Positions 21,238 to 30,648 of a stretch of DNA of 64,000 bases are shown here, one piece after another. The stretch's first letter is position 1, and each line of letters begins with the position of its first letter. This DNA comes from Cyanidioschyzon merolae (Eukaryota), in assembly GCA_000091205.1 (NCBI GenBank), contig AP006502.2, one strand, 5' to 3'. A program made the translations under genes and the position numbers. The notes beneath the pieces were generated by a model, which did no database searches, was not told the DNA's origin, and saw only the letters and a list, made by a program, of their open reading frames with translations.

Positions 21238-22959
21238 CTATTGGTCCGCTGGTTCAGGAGACTGGACCCAATGCGAAAGCGGCTCGGCGATCACTGCGAC
21301 GAGTGATGCGCGTAAATGCCTCACTTCGGTCAGCTGAAAACCACATCGACGTAAGAGCGCATCAAACTCTATCCTGTCGCGTTCCTTGGATCGAAATGCG
21401 GTAAACATGATTTGATCGAGTGCAACGCGAAAGCGCTCAAGGAGTGAGCCGCGCGGATACTGGTCAATGCTTGCCTCCAGGATGACGAGCTTCACATTGC
21501 GAACGTCGCCGATTGCTGCTCGAACACTCCGGCCAATGCGGATACAGTCGGGATCGCGCCAGTCGTGCCAGATATTGCGCATCACATAGATGTCGCCTTC
21601 CTCCGCTGCTGGCACGGTGGTGGCGTCGAAAAGGTCGCCGGCCGCGAACTGGACGCGGCCACTTGCGACCATTGCCGAGCGCTCCGGACTCGTGTTCCAG
21701 TACGCCTTGGCATGCTCGATAACCGGCGGCAGATCGAAAATCACTGCCTTCAGCGCGAAAGCGCTCAGCAGATGATAAACGAGTGAACCATCCGCTGCGC
21801 CGAGGTCTATAACCCGGAGGTAGCGTCCCCAGTCGATATCTTTCATGATCGTCGATCCCAGGAGCGCATCTGAGCTACGCATGGCCCTGTTGAAGACATC
21901 CCATCGATCCGGATGGCTCGACAGGTATTCCCAAAACGTACACTGATGGACGCGTTCAAACGCGCTCGGTTGTTTTGTCGCTGACGCATCGGCACGCGCT
22001 CGCAAACCGTCCGTTTCTACGTCGTTTGACGGCGTATCACGTATCGTCTCAAAGAGAAGCGCACTCGCGGGAAAAATATCGACGTACAAGTGCATTATTT
22101 GAGCGCGCACGCTGTGTGGATGATCCTCGCGCAATAAAGCCGATAATAGTGTGTTCCGCCATAAGCGCTGCTCGTTCGATACGCTCTTTGAGTCACAGTC
22201 CCGCGGGACGTAGGACTCAAAGTAGCCCCAGTTTTCGCAAGCCCGTAGAACGCGACCGACCGCATTGACATCGGCACAGTTGCACTCTTTCGCAACTTCC
22301 GCTGCAGTAACGCCGCCGCCGCGTCTACCGATGATACCGGCAAAGTCAAACAGCGCCGCAGTCCCCAAACACGCGCCTATCAGAAAGAAAGAACCGTCTA
22401 GAAGGGCCCGCAGGTTGGGAGGCACTGGTCCAACGCCGTATACAGCACCCAGCTTGAAGAGCGGCCAAGGCGGCAGCGTGTTTCCGTGCCTCGCAACAAG
22501 TCGCTGTTCGAAAGCAAGCCCTTGGGGTGTGTCGGCCGCATCAGCATACGATCCACTCGCTCCGAACAGCAGAGATCTCATTTGCTCCCAGATGGACGAC
22601 ATGGCCACGTATTGGTACAACACGAAAAGTTGCCTTCTCTCGAACGCTGTACACAGGTTCTCGAAGCGGCCGCCTCCGGCCCGAGCACTCCGTCTCGATG
22701 GTGCATTGCGACGGTCGAGGCGCTCGCTGCGCCTCAGTGTTGCACAGGCTGCGTTGCTGGATGCGTTGCAGTGGCGGTAAACACGAGCGTCAGCACCTGG
22801 AATCGAATCTGCTGGCAGTGACGTCTGTGCTGTCCCACGGTAGATTAAGGAGGCGCTTGCGTCGCGGAACGGTACAGATTCCTGGTATGATTCATCGGGA
22901 ACACGTGGTGCATCATGTAATGGGAGTGGTATGCACACGCTCCCGATCGGCGTTGACAT
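21238..22959 (-). CDS. class I SAM-dependent O-methyltransferase (plant COMT/ASMT family) with a long N-terminal extension
   Basis: Dimerisation-domain-like LFDFAGIIG...VNAVGRVLRACENWGYF. SAM-binding VIDLGAADGSLVYHLL...AVIFDLPPVIEHA and DIYVMRNIWHDW. ATG at 22959. Confidence 0.75.
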   Translation of the reverse strand: MSTPIGSVCIPLPLHDAPRVPDESYQESVPFRDASASLIYRGTAQTSLPADSIPGADARVYRHCNASSNAACATLRRSERLDRRNAPSRRSARAGGGRFENLCTAFERRQLFVLYQYVAMSSIWEQMRSLLFGASGSYADAADTPQGLAFEQRLVARHGNTLPPWPLFKLGAVYGVGPVPPNLRALLDGSFFLIGACLGTAALFDFAGIIGRRGGGVTAAEVAKECNCADVNAVGRVLRACENWGYFESYVPRDCDSKSVSNEQRLWRNTLLSALLREDHPHSVRAQIMHLYVDIFPASALLFETIRDTPSNDVETDGLRARADASATKQPSAFERVHQCTFWEYLSSHPDRWDVFNRAMRSSDALLGSTIMKDIDWGRYLRVIDLGAADGSLVYHLLSAFALKAVIFDLPPVIEHAKAYWNTSPERSAMVASGRVQFAAGDLFDATTVPAAEEGDIYVMRNIWHDWRDPDCIRIGRSVRAAIGDVRNVKLVILEASIDQYPRGSLLERFRVALDQIMFTAFRSKERDRIEFDALLRRCGFQLTEVRHLRASLVAVIAEPLSHWVQSPEPADQ

Positions 22960-24756
22960 CCGCAGAAGACATCCCTGGCAACGCTGGATGCTTCAGGGAA
23001 AATCGTTGCATCGCTTCCACAAGCTCTGGACATGTTGCAGGACGTATGGTTGCGGCCTCATGACGTGAGGGTGCTGCATGTCTCGATCCGGCTTTATCGG
23101 TCATCGGATGGAAAGAACCGTCATGTCGACGCGTTTCTCATGTAGATCCTGGCGCGTCATGCGAAAATCAGCCAGCGCAGTCGATCTGTGACTCCCGCGT
23201 GTGCCTGCAACCGAGCCAAACATGGAAGTGAGCAGTCGTGGGGATCTCGCTTGCAGCCCGCGAGTCTGAGGAGCACAAGCATCGCGGCAACTGGGGGCGT
23301 TTCTCTGCTTCCAACACCGTTCTATGGCGTAAGATGGCGTCTATATTCAGCAAGATCGAATCATGGAACACTATAATCGTCTTCCGTCTGCGAAGGGATA
23401 TCGCTGCCGGGGCATCTGTAGGGTGCTCCCAACTTGCTCGATTGCCGAATTCGAACGACATCCGTGTCAGGAACCGGGCGAAAATCCATTGTCGTTTCTA
23501 ATCAGGCAAGTGGGTTTTCACTACAGGTCTGTAACGCTTCAGCAGCATGCCCACATGAAGCGTTCAACGATTACGTCGAAAGTTCACTCTCCAGAAAAGC
23601 AGCAGGACGCTCCAGAAGCACGAGTGTTCACCGGGTGCTGATCGAGGCGCTCAAGTCTCGGTGCAGAGCGTGCGCACGCGCTGACGTATGCTCCACTGAA
23701 AGCGATCCCTGTAAAAAGCGTCTTGTCTCGGTCCGCGGCCATTTTCCATCCGGAGAGAAGAGACAGGAGCCTCCCGCAACATATCCCGTGAGATGTACCG
23801 AGCAGCTGTCGAATGCCGTTTCGCGACTGGCCAGAAAGCGAGAAGGATATGTCACGCAAAGGGAATCGATTAGTTTCCATGAGAAGCTCAGTGGACGTTC
23901 GTCATGAGCTTGTGAAAATGTATTCAGTGGACGACGTCGAGCATTTTCTTTCGTCTATTCAGCGTCGCGAATTGCTGCGCCTCACGAGTTACCTTGAACC
24001 AGAACGATCGAAAACTTGAAAAATGCGCAAACTGTGTGCGCTACACGTAACAAATGGAGCAAGTTGGAGGCTGGTGCGTATGAACTGCATGATAAGATCG
24101 GTTATTTTACAAACCCTCGTTTGAGGGCGTTGCAAATCATCTTGATTCCCCTGACGTCACGAATTCCACCAGCGAAACGTCGATTGATGCAATCCGAATA
24201 GACGACAGAGAATCCCAAAGCTGCGTGTGAGTTCTCAACACCTTACGAGTGCACATCGAACGTCTAGACTCGAAGTCTAAATAAAGCATACAAAAATGTC
24301 GACAGGCACAAACAGAGCGAGCAGCCCAGTGATTGATTTTAATCTGACACGGGTATAGCGCTGCTGCATCTCCGATGACGAGTCGCCTTGTCGCCGCTCC
24401 CGAGACTCCGCGTCCATGATCGTCAAAAGGCGATGTGAAAGCCCTGCAGCTTTGTGGATTGATTCGGAGCGATCCACGCAAGTTGCGTACACGACATGAA
24501 TCTAGGTGCATATGTAGCATCAGCGTTCTCATCGCTAGCTCCACTGCATTTCATATGTGCACCGATTCGGTGGTCGATGCGAAGCGACTGGCTGTACCTC
24601 GAGATGGACTCAGAATGCGGTATTAAGAGCGCGACGTTCGTTCCGCCCGCGAGCGCCTCGCGGTTTTCTGCAGCGAGTCCAATAAGCGGCTTTGGCTTCG
24701 GGTTAGCAGGCACTCGAAAATTGCGTGAATCCAAGACGGGAACGTGGTTCAGCGCG

Positions 24757-24958
24757 AATGCAATGCGAGAATTATCGATATGGAGGCGTGATGATGCTAC
24801 GATGATGCGCGAACTTTTCTGGAATGCAACATCGCACTGCGACCACACAGGTGCCAATGAATGCAACGCGCGAATTATCGATAGGGAGGCATCATAATGC
24901 GGCCACGATGCGCGAACTTTTCTTGAATGCAACATAGCAATGCGTCCGCACGAATTCC
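24757..24958. repeat. ~100-bp tandem duplication (2 copies, ~85% identity)
   Basis: Copy 1 at 24757-24855 and copy 2 at 24856-24958. Both contain gcgagaattatcgata.ggaggc...gatgcgcgaacttttct.gaatgcaacat.gca.tgcg.c..ac. Confidence 0.7.
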
Positions 24959-25132
24959 ACGCCGCACAACTTCCGCCCTTGACGTCGCTGTGCACCAAAA
25001 TCGGCAAAATCAATAGCACAGAGAGATCGTCAGTGGTCGTGCCCGCCATGCGAGCAATGCAGTGATGAAACTTCTCAAGAAGAGACGGGATACACTCGCT
25101 TCCAATCTCGTCGGAGAAGTGGAAAACGCTTC

Positions 25133-26122
25133 TCACTGCAAACCGCAGCGCGATAACAGCATGCTGCCGGAGCCGTCCGCTCCGGAACGAAACCCGCCCG
25201 CACAGAGCGTGGCTGAGCCCTCCGCGCTAACCGCCTCCCTTGTTCTCCTTGCTGTCGACGACGACGACGTCGTCACCGCCGAACGCGACTGTTCGCCTGG
25301 CTTACTCTCTCCCTGCGATGATTCAATGGTCGGAGGATCCTGCGGTGTGAGCTGTCCGCGATTCCGGGCTGTTTTCGCATCTCGGACCGGTGCTCGCCAC
25401 GTTTTTGGGTCGCGCTCTTCCAGATACTGGTCATCTGCTTCCTGATCCTCTTCGTCAATTGGTCCGAAGCCATCGTCAGATGCGGATCGCTCTATTTCAT
25501 CGAGCAGAATCCGGAATACTTCCGCAACATTCGTCCCGGTTCGCGCACTACATTCACAGAACGCTGCACCAATTGTCTCTGCAATGTGGGCCCCTTCCTC
25601 GAAGGATACTTCCCGATCAAGCGCTTGATCAATCTGGTTCCCAACGAGGATCATTGGGATCTGATCGCTTCCGAGTATTGCTACCAGACGCTGGAATATG
25701 TAGCGGACCATTTCAAATGAGCTGGCATCCCGCACAGAGTACAGCAGTACGTAGCCGTCGATGCCGATTGTCGCTTGCGCCCCCAACGAGGAGTACTCAT
25801 CCTGACCTGCTGTATCAACAATTTCCAGAGCGTAAACCGTACCGTCTCGTCCTCGCAAGGTAGTCTGGTACGTGTCTTCAATCGTCGGCAGGTACGATTC
25901 AGGGAAAGTGCCCTCGCAAAAACGAATCGTCAGTGCTGACTTGCCAACACCGCGCGCTCCCAACACTGCGATGCGTCGAACGCGCTGCGCACCAGCTGCT
26001 GCCGCCGCATACATCCCAACGCCACCATAATACGAAGTTGAAAGCAGAGAGCCTGCACTATCAGGCACTGCATTGCCTCGCGGGACCCGCGTCGAAACCG
26101 GTTGCTGGTCGCCCTCAGCCAT
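25133..26122 (-). CDS. Rheb-like Ras-family small GTPase with a long C-terminal tail and CaaX box
   Basis: G1 GARGVGKS with Arg at the Ras Gly12-equivalent position, as in Rheb. Effector TIEDTY. G3 DTAGQDEYS (Rheb-type). NQID. C-terminal CGLQ. The track start is GTG; first ATG is 26122. Alternative start at MYAAAAAG. Confidence 0.7.
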   Translation of the reverse strand: MAEGDQQPVSTRVPRGNAVPDSAGSLLSTSYYGGVGMYAAAAAGAQRVRRIAVLGARGVGKSALTIRFCEGTFPESYLPTIEDTYQTTLRGRDGTVYALEIVDTAGQDEYSSLGAQATIGIDGYVLLYSVRDASSFEMVRYIFQRLVAILGSDQIPMILVGNQIDQALDREVSFEEGAHIAETIGAAFCECSARTGTNVAEVFRILLDEIERSASDDGFGPIDEEDQEADDQYLEERDPKTWRAPVRDAKTARNRGQLTPQDPPTIESSQGESKPGEQSRSAVTTSSSSTARRTREAVSAEGSATLCAGGFRSGADGSGSMLLSRCGLQ

Positions 26123-26291
26123 TAGAAGTGAGAACTGTCGTGTTTCGGGTCGCGGAGGGTCTGTGTTTATCACCTTTGTGTGCCAGGTCGCAAGCGTTTT
26201 TCTAGTCCGAACTTCTGTTACTTGAATTAAACAGATCTTTCAACACCAATGAGACCAGTTCCAGTTGTTACACCTGGAACAGTAACCAGAG

Positions 26292-26318
26292 CAACAACAA
26301 CAACAACAACAACAACAA
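26292..26318. repeat. (CAA)9 microsatellite
   Basis: gcaacaacaacaacaacaacaacaacaat in the Rheb/26731-gene intergenic region. Confidence 0.9.
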
Positions 26319-26730
26319 TAGCAGCGGGGAACGCACCCGCAACGAGCGGGTCCGGTGCACTTGCGCTTACCGCTTCACGCGACTCTCGCGCAAACACACT
26401 ACACCAAACGAACAGCTCTGGTAATACGGCCACTTGGTTAACCGAATGACACCACGAAACCGACTGCTTTGATTCTGGCAGCCCTGATGAGCAATACGTG
26501 GAAAGCGAAAACACCACGATAGCCAACGCGTGTGGCTCGCCACAACGGATGCCGCAGCGCTGCGCCTACGGACGCCGTACCGCCCAGCGCGTGTACCGAG
26601 TCCAAAAGCACGCGGTGCTCGCCGGGAGTCTGCAAGCCGAGAGCCGTGCCCAATGCGGCACTTCAGTAGCATGCCTTGTCCTCAGTATCCGGGTCGGTTA
26701 CGTGGCATCAAAGCCTGAGTGCAGCGGTTA

Positions 26731-27720
26731 ATGTCTCCCGCAAGAACGACGACGCGAAAGAGTCAAGTAGCCGCCGCTGATAAAGCGTACGGATCCAGCG
26801 AGGGCACTGGCGCTGGCACTGGTGTTCGCTCCGGTACGGGACTCCGGTCGACCCAGTTTGCACTGTTGGGTCTCTCGTTCCAGGCTGCAAACCCAGAAGG
26901 TAAACTGGCAGCTGGTCCGCTGCTCTTGGAACGCTCCGCGAGCGAGACTAGTGATGCGCTGCTGCCGTGGCCACCGCTTGATCGACTCCGGCTGCTATTC
27001 GATCGCGGTGCAGCAGACTGGCTCCGGCAGGAGGTGCTGGGTTTCTTCTTGGATGCAAGTAGCCAGTGCGCTGACCCACTTGCTCCGCCGGGCACAGTGC
27101 TGAGCTTTACAGGCGTTCATTCCGCGGCAGGGGCGGAAGACGGGGCGCCCCTGGCGTCGACAGCACCCACAGCTTCGACAGCGCCAAACACGAGCGGATC
27201 GGTAACTGTCAATCGTCTCGGGGGTAAGGCTTGCGGGAGTTGGCTACCGCTGGAACTGATGGAAAGCGCCTATGAGCAGGGTGCCTGGCTCGCACAGCAC
27301 CGCGTCGTGCTAGAACAGCTGGGCGTAAGCCCCGACACGTTCCGCAGCTTCGAGGGCCATGCCGCCACGAAACGCCGCCCACAACCGAAAATCATCGGTT
27401 CGAACAACGTCGAACCTGTCCAGGAGGCGTTTTCGAGGCAATCGAATGCCGTCCGGGAGGATCCGGGTTGGTTGAGGTCCCCCGAAACCGCTCATCGTAT
27501 CGAACGTGGGTCGGCACTGCGCCGGCACTCGCGAGCACCCGGTGTCGATGATGAGCGCACGCTTTCCTCCGACGAAAGTCGTTCACCGAGCACTGACCGT
27601 GACACTCTAGACTCCTCTGAACTGGACTCAGATTGGACAATGGATACATTCGATGATGACGAATCGTACGAAGCCGACGAAGCGTTCGCAACTGCGGCTG
27701 AACGCGAAGCCGTTTTCTGA
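26731..27720 (+). CDS. hypothetical protein (low-complexity, Ser/Ala/Asp-rich)
   Basis: 329-aa ORF from the first ATG, with no recognisable domain. It may be non-coding; a long antisense ORF also exists here (GC-rich region). Confidence 0.3.
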   Translation: MSPARTTTRKSQVAAADKAYGSSEGTGAGTGVRSGTGLRSTQFALLGLSFQAANPEGKLAAGPLLLERSASETSDALLPWPPLDRLRLLFDRGAADWLRQEVLGFFLDASSQCADPLAPPGTVLSFTGVHSAAGAEDGAPLASTAPTASTAPNTSGSVTVNRLGGKACGSWLPLELMESAYEQGAWLAQHRVVLEQLGVSPDTFRSFEGHAATKRRPQPKIIGSNNVEPVQEAFSRQSNAVREDPGWLRSPETAHRIERGSALRRHSRAPGVDDERTLSSDESRSPSTDRDTLDSSELDSDWTMDTFDDDESYEADEAFATAAEREAVF

Positions 27721-28257
27721 GCAGGCGCGCTGCCCCCGAGGCGCATCAGCGAAACGGGATATGAGCAGAGCAGCGGGCAACTAGGGAGATCGTCTGTGGT
27801 GAATGGAGACTGACTCGCTCTCCCGTTGATGGTTACCGATGCGGAAAGCTGCGTCTGGCATCGGAATCAGCTCATCGGTAAATACGAGCGGATGCACGGG
27901 ATTTCGATGCCCACTGCATATCGTCAGTATTCTCTTTGGGTTGCGTCAAGAACGAGTTGACCCGGGGACCTCCACTGGAGACCGTGAACGCTCGGCGGTG
28001 CGGTTGATAAACGATTACCGGTGCTTGCCTTATCTCATCGTCTTGGAAAAAGCAACAGCAATAGCAGCAGTAGCAGACGCTCTGTGGTTTCCGTTTCTGT
28101 GTCGGTATGCGAAAGGCCGGATATTCCGATGTTTACCCCAGAAACGATCCAGATTTGCTGAGTTTATGTGCTCGACTCAGCAAACACGCAATCAGTTGGC
28201 TACGCAACCGAAATCACGGTCCCTGTTCGCCTATACGAGAGTGTCAGGAGGTTGCAA

Positions 28258-29994
28258 TCAGAGGCGGTGTCGTCCACGGGCTAAGCGTCTCCAGTCAGAA
28301 TCGTCATAGGGTCCCTCGCGACTTCGCTCGGCCAGATCGCCGTGATGGCCCTCTGTCTCGCTGTCACCGGGGCAGAGGATGCCGCCAGCACCCCGCAACT
28401 TGCCACGATACCGCACAAAGTCAGTATCCGCACCGGTTGAAACCGATCGCTCGAACGCATCCGGGATTTTGTACTTTTGCAGCTGGTTCGCTAAGCGGCG
28501 CGGAACGCGTATGCTCAAGTAGATGCCATGCGGCGTATAGTCTTGGTGATCGCACAAACCATGTGAGAGCGCCTCGGAAGCAAGCGCCGCCTCAGTATAG
28601 GGAATGAGGCACTCAACAGGAATGTACATGTCGCGGAGCGTGTCACTGATGCACTCCATGAGGTCGTCGAGACCCTCTCCCGTGAGCGCCGACAATGGAA
28701 CCACCGGCGGATCCTGACGTGAAAGGATCGCTGCCTGGTGTCGTACCGAAGTCGCATGCTCAATCAAATCCATCTTGTTCCAGATGACTATGCGGGGCTT
28801 GGATCGCAGGACCCCAAGCTCGCTGAGCGTATCCTCGACAACCGCGGCTTGTGCTCGCCAGCTTGGACTCGAACGGTCAATCACATGTAAAATAATATCA
28901 GCATCGACAACGACCTCAAGGGTAGCGCGGAATGCTGCAATCAGCTCCGTTGGCAGTTTCTGAATAAATCCCACCGAGTCCGTGATTAAAACCTCTGGTG
29001 CCACATTCAGGCCTGGGATTTCCGCCCGTCGCGTGGTCGGATCCAGCGTACAGAACAGCATCGGATCCGCAAACACTCGAGCATGGGTCAGTGCGTTCAG
29101 AAGCGTGCTCTTCCCACTGGAAGTATAACCGGTGAGTACCAGCGAGGGCAGATGTTGTGCTGCTCGCTGCCGTCGCCGTTGTTGACGTTGCTGGCGAATA
29201 CCTTCGAGTTCGCGTCGGAGTCGCGCAATACGCTGCGCGATGATTCGCCGGTCGACCTCAATCTGGGTCTCGCCGGGTCCACGAAAGGCCACACCGAGCC
29301 CACCGCTTTGTCTTTCCAAATGCTGCCACATGCGCGTGAGCCTGGGCAAGCGATACTGGAGAAGGGCAAGCTCAATCTGGAGAGCACCCTCACGGCTCAT
29401 CGCGTGTTGAGCGAAGATGTCGAGGATCACAGCAGTTCGATCGAGCACCTGAATCCCAGAGCGCTCGCCTCCGAAAGCTTCCTCCAGTGCTCGCTGTTGA
29501 GACGGCGACAGCTGCTCATCGAAAACGCAGGCAGTGGCCCCTACGCTTTGCATCATGGCGCGTACTTGCAGCACTTTTCCGCTGCCGATTAATGTGCGAC
29601 TCTGAAACTCTGTAAGTTTCTGAACAGTTCGTCCCATAACCTCCATACCAGCAGTACTGCAGAGTTCTGCAAGCTCGTCTAGAGACTGCTCGAGGGTGAT
29701 GCGCGTGCTCGCCGCTCCGCCGAGTCGCGCGCTTTTCAGCTCAGCGCCAACGAGGAAGCAGCGAGTGGGCGGCACGTAGCGGAGGCGTGCTCGCCAGGCA
29801 GGTTCCATACGTCTCTCCGCGTACTGTTCTTCATTTTGCTGACAGCACCAGATAGCAGGCGCCAGACTTGCCGCCCGTTGCCTGGGCCCAGGTAATCGAG
29901 GCGCCCAGGCGTAGCAGTGACCTCGGGGCTCCAACGAACACCGGTACGAGGTGCCTGTGACGCCACCACGCCACAACCAGGTGCCAATAAACAT
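28258..29994 (-). CDS. HFLX: GTPase HflX (organellar-type) with an N-terminal presequence
   Basis: HflX N-domain (RCFLVGAELKS...ELAELCSTAGMEV). G-domain LVLTGYTSSGKSTLLNALT, DPTTRR, TDSVGFI and NKMD. The track N-terminus MCVCVCV comes from a (CA)n microsatellite with a GTG start; trimmed to ATG at 29994 (MFIGTW...). Confidence 0.8.
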   Translation of the reverse strand: MFIGTWLWRGGVTGTSYRCSLEPRGHCYAWAPRLPGPRQRAASLAPAIWCCQQNEEQYAERRMEPAWRARLRYVPPTRCFLVGAELKSARLGGAASTRITLEQSLDELAELCSTAGMEVMGRTVQKLTEFQSRTLIGSGKVLQVRAMMQSVGATACVFDEQLSPSQQRALEEAFGGERSGIQVLDRTAVILDIFAQHAMSREGALQIELALLQYRLPRLTRMWQHLERQSGGLGVAFRGPGETQIEVDRRIIAQRIARLRRELEGIRQQRQQRRRQRAAQHLPSLVLTGYTSSGKSTLLNALTHARVFADPMLFCTLDPTTRRAEIPGLNVAPEVLITDSVGFIQKLPTELIAAFRATLEVVVDADIILHVIDRSSPSWRAQAAVVEDTLSELGVLRSKPRIVIWNKMDLIEHATSVRHQAAILSRQDPPVVPLSALTGEGLDDLMECISDTLRDMYIPVECLIPYTEAALASEALSHGLCDHQDYTPHGIYLSIRVPRRLANQLQKYKIPDAFERSVSTGADTDFVRYRGKLRGAGGILCPGDSETEGHHGDLAERSREGPYDDSDWRRLARGRHRL

Positions 29995-30086
29995 TGGCCT
30001 CTGACGACGAGCTCTGGACAGCAAGCCTTCCGAGAAAGAATGAAGTGCTTTTTGCCCCCGCAAGGTGAGCGAGGTGCTCCCCACAA

Positions 30087-30106
30087 CACACACACACACA
30101 CACACA
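30087..30106. repeat. (CA)10 microsatellite
   Basis: cacacacacacacacacaca upstream of the HflX start. Confidence 0.9.
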
Positions 30107-30648
30107 GATACGCTCGTCTACACAATGTGAGGGTGCGCGCGCTCAACCAGCGACGTGCCGCGTGGCGCAGTGCGTTAACGGGTACGTGTCTGGTGTGGTG
30201 GAGCGTCCAAGCCGTCGCAGCGGTATTACGAGGACCCTGCGCACTTGACGGGCAATGCACGTGAGTCGGGAAATGGTCTTACGAATCCTTTGAAACGTAC
30301 GCTGGAGAAAACAGTTTGCAGAAGAAAGCTTCTGAGTTGTCACGTTCTGTGTACGTGTCGCGGCTATGAACTGGGAGGAGGTTAGCGTTCCCGCTCGGCA
30401 GTGCGTGCAGCCCGCGCACGCATAAGAACGGCAAAAAAGTACCATGTCGAAAGTTTGCCGCGGAAAGAATCAAATCGTGCCGTGCCGCACGAATCGCTAC
30501 GTGAATCGATCGGCACTTGTAAATATTCGGGCTTCTCCAAACTGGGTAATGCATGTTACATCCCAGTGGAAACAGTGATATTCTCCCGAGTATTTGCTTC
30601 CACACGATTTCCTTTTTGGCACACAAGCTAGCAATACCTTTTATGAGG

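Noticed and set aside
24423-25136. 237-aa minus-strand ORF as a protein-coding gene
   Set aside because: It has no homology or motif, spans a 2-copy 100-bp tandem duplication, and sits in a region where all three frames give ORFs of similar length (GC-driven). Kept only as a finding.
26763-27095. 110-aa minus-strand ORF and other antisense ORFs in 26.7-27.7 kb
   Set aside because: Overlapping ORFs occur in several frames in this GC-rich stretch. Only the longest sense ORF (26731-27720) is listed, at low confidence.
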